Assembly: GCA_002269645.1 (NCBI GenBank)
Contig: NIVC01002660.1
Coordinates: 62,001 to 126,000, forward strand
Source: Macrostomum lignano
Taxonomy: Eukaryota
DNA: 64,000 nt
Direction: 5' to 3'
The notes beneath the pieces were generated by a model. The model was not told where the DNA came from. It worked only from the letters and a program-made list of their open reading frames with translations, and searched no databases. The stretch's first letter is position 1. Every line of letters begins with the position of its first letter. A program made the translations under genes and the position numbers. Below are positions 36,859 through 46,337 of this stretch, piece by piece.

Positions 36859-39048
36859 TCAAGCATCTGAGCTGTCGTTAAACGCTGAGCTGCTGTTGCC
36901 GCTGTTGTTGTTGGATTCGGCAGTTGTGGCGGCGGCTTCGGCGGCGTCAGCTGGTGCCTCGGCTGGTTCTGCTGTCGGCCGGTGCTCCTCGTGCTGCTGC
37001 TGCTCGCCGCTATCATTGTTGCTGTTGTCCCCGGTGCCATTGGCAACAATATTCGGTGTTGCTGTCGATCGATTTTCGCCGTCGCCTTCACGGTTGCCGT
37101 TGTCGCCGTCGCCGTCGGGAGGCTGGGCAGAAGCGGGCGGCTCCAGCTCCATGAGCAGCGGCAGGTGCATCTGCTGCAGACAGTAGCCGTCGTCCAGACC
37201 GCCGCCAGCGCCGGCACCAAATGTGGCCTCGGATTTGACGATGGCGGCTGAGAGCACCGAGTCGGAGCTGGCGCAGCCGCTGCCACCGCCGCCAGAGGCG
37301 TCGTCCGAGTTTGGTTGCGTCTGTTGCCGCTGTTGCTGCGGCTGCTGCTGCTGAGGACGCGGCGATACAACCAAAGGCGGGATGAGATCGTGGGTAGGTG
37401 AACTGGCTAGGGCTGCTAGGCTGGGCATTGGCGAGTGCTGAGGCTGCTGATGCTGCTGCTGCTGCTGCTGATGCAGCTGATGATGCTGCTGATGCGGCAC
37501 ATGCGACATCAAGGCGTGAGCTTGCCGACGTCGGCATCCGGTCGGATCAACGTCAGAAATAATAGCGTCAGCCTGACGGTAGAGCCTCGGCCGCTCCCTC
37601 GGCGGGCAGCTGAACCAGGCCTGCAACAGTCGGTTGTCGAAGTCCCTGTCAGGAGCTGACATGCAGTTCGGCCGGTGCAGCAGGTACTGCGCGGTGCGGA
37701 ATCGGTGAAACATCATCCGGTCCTGCTGCTGCTGCTGCTGGTCGGCGTCATCTAGATCGCAGGACGGCTGCATGGGACGGTACTGGCTTTGCTGCTGCTG
37801 TTGCTGCTGATACGACGGCGGAGGCGGCGGCATTGGTTGCTGCGGATGCTGAGACGGCGGTAGCTGATGAGGCGACTGGGCCGGCCGATAGCCGCCGCCG
37901 CCGCCAGTCAAAATTCCGGCAGTGGCGGCGGAGGAGGTGGCGGCGGCGGCAGAAGACGAAGCCGGAATTTTGCCGGGAGACATTGCATTCCGCTGCTGCT
38001 GCTGCTGCTGAGCTGAAGGAACTCCTGGATGCTGATGAGGATGCGGAGGCTGCTGCTGATGCTGCACAAGATGATGTGGTGACATCTGCGGCGGCCGGTG
38101 CTGCGGCTGCTGCTGCGGCATGCCTGGCGGCAGACCGAACGGAAATCGCGTTGTTGCCGCCGAAGTTGGCATCTGCGGCAACTGCTGGGGCGACTGCGGC
38201 GGCAACGGCGGCCTGGGCCGATGAGGCGACATAGTTGCCGGATGCTGGGGATGCTGATGCTGAGGAGGAGGATGATGATGATGATGCTGCTGAGGATGCT
38301 GGGCCCGGTGCTGCATCTGTTGCATTTGTTGCATCTGCTGCAGATGCTGCAGCGGTGGCGGCGGCGGTGGAGGCCGAGGCAGAGGCGGGCGCTGCTGATG
38401 GCTGAAGCCGGGCATTGGCGGTCGCTGCTGGCAAGAAGCCGATGTTGGAGGAGGAGGAGGCGGGGGCGGCTGCTGCTGCTGCTGCGCCTGCAACAACCTG
38501 GCCGTCTTGGGCGCGGGTTCATCTGCTGCCAGATCCGGCACGCTGTTAGATCGCTTGATGCCTACAGCTGGCAAGGCGGCGGTGTAGTCCGACATTTGGC
38601 TGGAGCTTGGCGGAGCCAAACGCTGCTGTGGTGGCGGCGGCTGCTGCTGTTGTTGCTGCTGCTGAGGCGGCTGCGGCCTTGGCGCCGAAGGTCTAGGAGC
38701 CGGCGGTCGCGGTTGTTGAAGTTGTCGATGCTGTTGCTGTTGCTGCTTCTGTTGCTGCTGTTGTTGCTGCTGATGTGGCGGCGCAGGAGGCTGTGTCGAT
38801 AGCTGATGCTGCGGCTGCTGCATGAGCATCTGAAGCGACCTGCCACACCTGGGCAGCAGGATGCTCAACGCCCGGTCCTGCAACGAGTGGATGGTGCGCA
38901 CAGCCTCCAGAAGTTGCAGTTCGGACAGCTGGCCAAGCAGCATGCTGGCATTCTGGATGGTGCTCTGGAACAGCACCAGGCCACGGCCGCTGGGACCCGG
39001 CGGGCCCGCAGATGCTGCGGCGGCTGCTGCTGCTGCCGCGGCGGCCAT
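36859..39048 (-). CDS. Single-exon Q/P/A-rich protein (~729 aa) with an N-terminal helical domain and a degenerate HMG-box-like segment; probable nuclear regulator
   Basis: 2.2-kb uninterrupted ORF with polyA, polyQ and polyP tracts; segment MMFHRFRTAQYLLHRP...DNRLLQAWFSCPPRERPRLYRQADA (37558-37716); AAIVKSE resembles a SUMO consensus site. Confidence 0.75.
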   Translation of the reverse strand: MAAAAAAAAAAASAGPPGPSGRGLVLFQSTIQNASMLLGQLSELQLLEAVRTIHSLQDRALSILLPRCGRSLQMLMQQPQHQLSTQPPAPPHQQQQQQQQKQQQQQHRQLQQPRPPAPRPSAPRPQPPQQQQQQQQPPPPQQRLAPPSSSQMSDYTAALPAVGIKRSNSVPDLAADEPAPKTARLLQAQQQQQPPPPPPPPTSASCQQRPPMPGFSHQQRPPLPRPPPPPPPLQHLQQMQQMQQMQHRAQHPQQHHHHHPPPQHQHPQHPATMSPHRPRPPLPPQSPQQLPQMPTSAATTRFPFGLPPGMPQQQPQHRPPQMSPHHLVQHQQQPPHPHQHPGVPSAQQQQQQRNAMSPGKIPASSSAAAATSSAATAGILTGGGGGYRPAQSPHQLPPSQHPQQPMPPPPPSYQQQQQQQSQYRPMQPSCDLDDADQQQQQQDRMMFHRFRTAQYLLHRPNCMSAPDRDFDNRLLQAWFSCPPRERPRLYRQADAIISDVDPTGCRRRQAHALMSHVPHQQHHQLHQQQQQQHQQPQHSPMPSLAALASSPTHDLIPPLVVSPRPQQQQPQQQRQQTQPNSDDASGGGGSGCASSDSVLSAAIVKSEATFGAGAGGGLDDGYCLQQMHLPLLMELEPPASAQPPDGDGDNGNREGDGENRSTATPNIVANGTGDNSNNDSGEQQQHEEHRPTAEPAEAPADAAEAAATTAESNNNSGNSSSAFNDSSDA

Positions 39049-39289
39049 AGCAACAAGCAATAAGTAATATTTGCCTTAAAGCTTCAATTAGCAATCGAAT
39101 ATTTGCTTATTTAAGTCTTCTTTGCCTGGAATTTTGTTTTAAACCGCCAAAGTTGGAAGCGGCGTTAGCGAATTGGAGTGTGCAAACCTGCAAGGATGAC
39201 GAAATTTTGAATACATAGCGAATATTTTAACATTCTTAGGTTCTGAGTAATGAAGTCTAGCAAAATCCATCATCTAACGGGATCCCATG

Positions 39290-40125
39290 TCTTAAATCCC
39301 AAAATCCTGAATCATACCAAGTTCCCCCTGAATCCCAAATCGCGGTCGAAGGATCCCAAGTCCCTCCTGAATCCCAAATCCTGAAGGATCCCAAGTCCCT
39401 CCCGAATCCCAAATCCCGAATGATGCCAAGTCCCTCCCGAATCCCAAATCCTGAAGGATCCCAAGTCCCTCCCGAATCCCAAATCCTGAAGGATCCCAAG
39501 TCCCTCCCGAATCCCAAATCCTGAAGGATCCCAAGTCCCTCCCAAATCCCAAATCCTGAATGATCCCAAGTCCCTCCCGAATCCCAAATCCTGAAGGATC
39601 CCAAGTCCCTCCCGAATCCCAAATCCTGAAGGATCCCAAGTCCCTCCCGAATCCCAAATTCAGAAGTATCCCAAGTCCCTCCCGAATCCCAAATCCTGAA
39701 TGATGCCAAGTCCCTCCCGAATCCCAAATCCTGAAGGATCCCAAGTCCCTCCCGAATCCCAAATTCAGAAGTATCCCAAGTCCCTCCCGAATCCCAAATC
39801 CCGAATGATCCCAAGTCCCTCCCGAATCCCAAATCCTGAAAGATCCCAAGTCCCTCCCGAATCCCAAATCCTGAAGGATCCCAAGTCCCTCCCGAATCCC
39901 AAATCCTGAATGATGCCAAGTCCCCCCCGAATCCCAAATTCAGAAGGATCCTAAGTCCCTCCCGAATCCCAAATTCAGAAGGATCCTAAGTCCCTCCCGA
40001 ATCCCAAATCCTGAATGATGCCAAGTCCCTCCCGAATCCCAAATCCTGAAGGATCCCAAGTCCCTCCCAAATCCTGAAGGATCCCAAGTCCCTCCCAAAT
40101 CCCAAGTCTCTAAGGATCCCAAGTT
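39290..40125. repeat. 35-bp minisatellite (CCCAAGTCCCTCCCGAATCCCAAATCCTGAAGGAT)
   Basis: About 23 units. Confidence 0.96.
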
Positions 40126-40739
40126 CTCGTTCTGTCTCAACTATACAGGTTTCAAGTCCCCCATCTTCTAATTAACTCTAAACTTAGCAGACAGAAAAGA
40201 TGAAATAACTCAGAGACACAGTAACCTACTATAAGTAGCAAATATTATTTTGTTCAATTATAGGCCTGATTTAATTTTCTTTGAAAAATAAAATATCAAA
40301 AAATCACTCCTTGCCGTCAATTTATAAAAGATTTTCGGTCTTGCTAGCATAAAAATCCAACTAACTAAAGAATATTGAATAAGAGTGAAAAAATACAAAA
40401 ACAGTTGCTACAAAAATCGGAAAGTACACGCATAGCCAAAAGCAATACAATTAAAATTAGAAATCCAATAAAAATGCTTATTAGATTAGTTACTTGTAAA
40501 GTAGTGCTGCATGAATTAATATTAGTGATATTTTCAACAGCCACAACAAAGCATGCCGAATGCTGACATACTGGCGTATCTCTAAGATGATAAAAGTAGC
40601 ATATAAAGCACTTTAGCCTTTAAATTTACTGGTAAAGACATGCATGTAAAATGCTATTTGGCAGCAATTCAGAATGCAAATAGCTAATTTTCATTGTTCA
40701 ATTCAATTTTTTGACACGATTGAAAACAAAAAACTTTCC

Positions 40740-41462
40740 GAAGATTGTGGGATGTGCAGATTGTGGGATGTGCAGATTGTGACGTGAAGATTGTGGGATG
40801 TGAAGATTTGGGTGTGAAGATTGGAGGATGTAAAGATTTGGACGTGCAGAATGGGGGGTGCAGAGATTTGGACGTGAAGAATGGGGGGTGCAGAGATTTG
40901 GACGTGAAGAATGGGGGGTGCAGAGATTTGGACGTGCAGAATGGGGGGTGCAGAGATTTGGACGTGCAGAATGGGGGATGCAGAGATTTGGACGTGAAGA
41001 ATGGGGGGTGCAGAGATTTGGACGTGCAGAATGGGGGGTGCAGAGATTTGGACGTGCAGAATGGGGGGTGCAGAGATTTGGACGTGAAGAATGGGGGATG
41101 CAAAGATTTGGACGTGAAGAATGGGGGATGCAAAGATTTGGACGTGAAGAATGGGGGGTGCAGAGATTTGGACGTGCAGAATGGGGGATGCAGAGATTTG
41201 GACGTGAAGAATGGGGGGTGCAGAGATTTGGACGTGCAGAATGGGGGGTGCAGAGATTTGGACGTGAAGAATGGGGGGTGCAGAGATTTGGACGTGAAGA
41301 ATGGGGGATGCAAAGATTTGGACGTGAAGAATGGGGGATGCAAAGATTTGGACGTGAAGAATGGGGGGTGCAGAGATTTGGACGTGAAGAATGGGGGGTG
41401 CAGAGATTTGGACGTGCAGAATGGGGGGTGCAGAGATTTGGACGTGAAGAATGGGGGATGCA
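40740..41462. repeat. 30-bp minisatellite (CAGAGATTTGGACGTGAAGAATGGGGGGTG)
   Basis: About 24 units starting just after the FPGS stop codon. Confidence 0.97.
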
Positions 41463-41482
41463 ACGATCTCCATCCCTAACAG

Positions 41483-43929
41483 TCAAGCATCGCAACCGTC
41501 GGCCACTTCAGGCTGCAGCACGGCCAGCAGGCAGCCAACCAGATGCAGACTGCCAGTTGCCAGCACAGCAATAGACCGAAGATGTCCAGCCATCGCTCTG
41601 CATTGAAGCCATTCGACAGCGTCTCGAAGACAAGACAGTTGAACAGTTTCTGTGCCAGCCGGCATTAGACAGGCGAAAGCGCTTGCATTCTGCTGTGTAG
41701 CGGTCTCGGCCGCTTCAGGCGACACCATCAGGTTCACCAGCTCCGGATGGGCGGCCGGTTCAGCGTCCACGAGATTCGGACAGAACAGACCGGCCGAAAA
41801 TTGTAACGGAAACTGTCCACTGCGAGCACCGATCAAGCTCTCAAGCAGCTCATTGGGATTTCTATCCCCAGTTCGATTGAAAATCAGCACACGCTCATCC
41901 ACTGCTGGCGAACCGGATGTCAACTTGGAGAACCATTCCCCAGCCAATGGACAGCTTTCAATAGTGTGAGCTCCGTCGATATAAAAGGTGATGGTACATT
42001 CGGAGCTGTCACCAGTGGGCACCTTCCTGACGATGATGGTGTTCCTGCCCGGCCAGCGGGTGGACGAAATTGCGTCCACAAATGCTTCTGGTAGAGCAAA
42101 TATCGACAGCGTGCGCGGTGCTTCTATGGCGTCACCATCAGTTGATACCGGATCTATGACGTCACCATTAGCTAATACCGGATCTATGACGTCACCATTA
42201 GTTGATACTGGATCTATGACGTCACCATTAGTTGATTTCAGATCTATAACGTCATCATTCGTGGATACTCGATCTATGACGTCATTATTCGGCGATACAA
42301 GCTGTATAACGTCTCTATTTTTAGAAACTGAATCTGTGACGTCACCATTGGAAGACGTTGGGCTGCTGACGATGCTATCATTAGCGGAGGTCCAGCGATT
42401 GCGGTCATTATTGGAAAATTGTATGGAATTTTTAGAGAGGTTTTTCAAACTGACGTCATCTTCATTGACAGAGCGGATGACGTCACGGATGGAAGGCTCA
42501 AATCTATTACCAGCACTGCCAGCCTCATCTGAGTACCGACGAAGCCACAGGCGAGCGAGCTGCAGCGCCAGAGCCGCATTCAGCTGTTGGTAGCCGTCAA
42601 GGCCCAGACGCTCGAAGCCGGCGAAGGCCGTCAGGCGAGGCGACACCCGGATGGGGCAGCCGGCAGCCGCGGCCGCCCTGGCCAGCACCGGCAGACACTC
42701 GGCCGGCTGTTCGGGCGAGGTAACGCCAATGCAGCCCGGCTTCAGGATGCCCGCCTGCGGATTGATGAGTTTAAATGCCATTAGGAACTCACTTAGCTTA
42801 GTAATATTCGGCAATTTCATTATTAGAGCCAGGGGCTGTGAGCACCCGGCCTGGCGCACTTTAAGCGACATTGTCACACAACCGGCGAGAGGCATTACTG
42901 TCCATGCTGCCGACTCCCCCGAGCAAGCACACACTCACACAGGTGTACATCGGCCCTAACTTTATTAATCGTTAGGCATGTACACTGCACTGTGTCTGGC
43001 GGGTTGGCCCTCAAGAACGAGAATCGTGCAAGCTTTTGTTAGCTCCTACTCTAGAGCAAGAGCCAAACCCCAAGGCACAGACAGTTCACATGCTGGACGA
43101 TTAGAAAGTCAAGGACACTGTGCACCCTGTGTGAGTTGCGTTTCTATGTACAGTATTGGCGCGCTTTTGTGTGCGCAGGTGTCAGCGGAATGGACGGAAC
43201 CGCTGTCACCGCTGGCTGTGGAACGATGTCGCCGAAGGCGTTGCATCAGTGTGCCCGCAGCCCTCCTGCAACTGTTATTATTATTAAGCCCACCTTGTGC
43301 CAGGCAATTTTATCGAGCGTGCCGCCCAGCAGCGCCGTGTGGTCGTGTCCCAGCGACGCAATGCCGCACACCCACGGCTCCTTGATGAAGTTCGTGCTGT
43401 CGTAGCGCCCACCGATGCCAACCTCCACGATGGCGACGTCCACCGCCTGTTCGACAAACAGTCGCAGCGCCATGAAGGTGAGAAACCGGAAGTACCTCGG
43501 GAACTCAAAGCCGGAAGTGGCCGCCGTGGCAGCCGTCAGATCGTCGTGTAGCCGCCAGAACTGTTCCGCGAACTCCGACCGCGAGATCGGCCGGCCGTCA
43601 AGCCGGATTCGCTCGCGCACCTCTACCAGGTGTGGCGACGTGAATAGGCCGGTTCGGAGGCCGCAGGCGCGCAGCAGCCGCTCAGTGTACGCGGCCGTGC
43701 TGCCCTTGCCTTTGGTGCCGGCGATGTGCACCGGCCTGAGCCCGGCCAGTGCAGTCTGGTGCAGCCCCACCCGAGCGGCCAGGTCCGCCAGTTGGGCCAT
43801 TTCCAAGGACCTGTCCTGGCCGCCGGGTCTCTGTCGGGCGGCCCGACAGTTGGGCCCAGACTGCAGCTGGTTCAGAGCGGCGATGGCCGAAGCGTAGGAA
43901 ACTTTGGAGGAGTCTGCGCTCCTCATCAT
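41483..43929 (-). CDS. FPGS: Folylpolyglutamate synthase
   Basis: Exon 43929-43294 (HIAGTKGKGST, TSPHL, EVGIGGRYDSTN, SLGHDH, IAWHK|) and exon 42754-41483 (AGILK, NAALA, WPGR, YIDGAHT, TGSLHLVG). A possible additional in-frame intron at 42510-42124. Confidence 0.96.
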
Positions 43930-44227
43930 TAAGACTGGCTGGTCAGCAACTGCAGTTGAGTGTGTTATTTGATATGCCTTATACGGTTCATTCAATAGAA
44001 AGTTGTCTAATATAATAAACTGTCAGGCAAAGGTGGGCTGAGATAAGATAAGAAGTAGCACAAATTATACAACACCTGTAGTTAGTAGAACTAAGCCAAT
44101 ATTATCAGTTTAAGAATATTACCATAAAACCACTGAATGAATCGTCCAAGCCATAGTAAAAGTGGTGGGTTTCACGAGAACAAAATTCCACATTGGTTTA
44201 AATACCTTACTAATCATTTAGCTAAGC

Positions 44228-44510
44228 AGGCCCAATCTAGCTCAGCCAATAAGAGAGCAGTAAGGAGAGCGGTCTAAGTCAGACGTAAGAAAGTCAGTCT
44301 AGGGGACAGGCCCCAATCTAGCTCAGCCAATAAGAGAGCAGTAAGGAGAGCGGTCCAAGTCAGACGTAAGAAAGTCAGTCTAGGGGACAGGCCCCAATCT
44401 AGCTCAGCCAATAAGAGAGCAGTAAGGAGAGAGGTTAAAGTTGGACGGACGATAGTCGGCCTAGGGGGGGGGGGCAGGCCCAATCTGGCTCAGCTAATAA
44501 GAGAGCAGGG
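44228..44510. repeat. 81-bp tandem repeat (~3.3 copies) with two CCAAT boxes per unit, upstream of FPGS
   Basis: CCCAATCTAGCTCAGCCAATAAGAG at ~44231, 44312, 44393 and 44479; followed by a 20-bp repeat at 44570-44665. Confidence 0.85.
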
Positions 44511-44857
44511 CAGTAAGGACTGAGTTCAAAGTCTAACTGTTTCTGCCCCGATTCTAAAACTCTTAAAGGCCATTAGGATGCTAATACAGGCCATTAGGGT
44601 GCTAATACAGGTCATTAGGATGATGAAACAGGCCATTAGGATGATGAAACAGGCCATTAGGATGGTCAGAGGTAATTAGAGCATTTAGCTGGACAATTCT
44701 CATTAAAACATCTCATCAAAAGAAACAATAAATCAAGAAGCTTAAATTTCTTCACAATTCACACCTCATTATATTTACCGGCATCAGTTTGAAGAAAACC
44801 AAAATTATTTTTTAAACAATAAAGAGTAATAGTTCGGTTATCATTGTATTACTATTA

Positions 44858-45367
44858 TTATCCAGGTGGCCAGCCCATCTGCCTGCCGCCCATGACGTGC
44901 ACATGCAGGTGAAAGACGCTCTGGGCGCCGTCGCTGCCATTGTTAATCACCAGCCTGTAGCCATTGTTCAGACCCTGCTCGGCGGCCACTCTGCGAGCCG
45001 TTAGAATCAGATGGCCTAGCAGGGATTCGTCGTCATCTTTGGCGAATTCTAGCATAGGGATTTGCACTTTAGGAATCACCAGGAAGTGCACCGGAGCCTG
45101 CGGATTAACGTCCGAGAAGGCTAGAGCTCGATCGTCTTCGAATAGCACTTTGGCTGGGATTTCCTTGCTGATGATCTTGTTGAATATGGTCGGCTTGTTC
45201 AGGTCGCCGTGGGCCGCCTCGGCTGCCGCTCGGGCCTTGGCCACTTCGTCTGACATTTCTCTGCTGTAAGCGGCTGGTCTGGCTGCTGCCGCTGCTGCTT
45301 CTAAAAGACGATGCGACGACTTTGGCCAACGATTTGCTAAAGCTGCTAGGTTGCGAAACGACAACAT
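44858..45367 (-). CDS. HINT: Histidine triad nucleotide-binding protein (HINT1/HINT2 type), 169 aa with a presequence-like N-terminus
   Basis: [58 protein letters not shown]; intronless. Confidence 0.96.
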   Translation of the reverse strand: MLSFRNLAALANRWPKSSHRLLEAAAAAARPAAYSREMSDEVAKARAAAEAAHGDLNKPTIFNKIISKEIPAKVLFEDDRALAFSDVNPQAPVHFLVIPKVQIPMLEFAKDDDESLLGHLILTARRVAAEQGLNNGYRLVINNGSDGAQSVFHLHVHVMGGRQMGWPPG

Positions 45368-45409
45368 GCAAAATAGGGTGGCGAGAAGGAGGACTTATGC
45401 TAAAATCTA

Positions 45410-45740
45410 TATATCTACAGTCAAATCTACAGTTCTTGGCTGTCAAATCTACAGTCAGTGGCTGTCAAATCTACAGTGACTGTCAAATCTACAGTGACTG
45501 TCAAATCTACAGTGACTGTCAAATCTACAGTGACTATCAAATCTACAGTGACTGTCATATCTACAATGACTGTCAAATCTACAGTGACTGTCAAATCTAC
45601 AGTGACTGTCAAATCTACAGTGACTGTCAAATCTACAGTGACTGTCAAATCTACAGTGGCTGTCAAATCTAGAATCATTGGCTGTCAAATCTACAATTAT
45701 TGGCTGTCAAATCTACAATTATTGGCTGTCAAATCTACAC
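45410..45740. repeat. 18-bp minisatellite (CTGTCAAATCTACAGTGA)
   Basis: About 18 units. Confidence 0.95.
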
Positions 45741-46337
45741 CCTTGGTAGTCAAAGCTGCAGATTGACTATAACATCTGCAGTCTAACCTGGACTTATCAC
45801 AATGGCAGACGAACTAGTTGGTAAAAGCTGAGCACAGAGATTAAAATAAAAACAGAGAAGACAAAAATTATGGAATAAAAAAATCTGAATTATTATATTA
45901 AGATACGAAAAAGTACAAAATCATTACATAATAGCGAACCAAAAGTTACAAAACGTTGAACCAAGTTTTAAAAATTGTATAAATAGAAGAATTAGCAACA
46001 TTGATAAAAACTAATTAAAAAACTTGCATGCACTTTTAATAGAAAAAGTATTTTCAGTGTGTAATTGGAAAAAATCAATTTAAGCTTACAAATATACAGT
46101 AACGGAATTAAAACACTAGTAACAGAAATGCGTAATGTAAAGATACCCCGATGACAACGGTACCCAGGCCAAGAAGCGCCCCATAGTCGTTTCAGGTAAA
46201 ACAGGTAAGTAAAATAGAAAAAAGTGGCTCTAGACGACTTTAAAGCAACGAGATATCAATGAGCCAGACTCTAATCTAAATGATTTTGCTTTTATATCCA
46301 ACCCCAGTAAGTCAATGACGCCAGCTCAGAGCAGGTT

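Noticed and set aside
36896-39094. Multiple overlapping plus- and minus-strand ORFs over the Q-rich gene
   Set aside because: Shadow frames of GC-rich CAG/GCN codon repeats.
43930-43995. N-terminal extension of FPGS from the ORF track (MNEPY...)
   Set aside because: It starts at TTG. The first in-frame ATG is at 43929, preceded by acceptor-like AGs. The TTG/GTG/CTG starts given for MO25, the 33814 and 39060 ORFs and the transposase were disregarded for the same reason.
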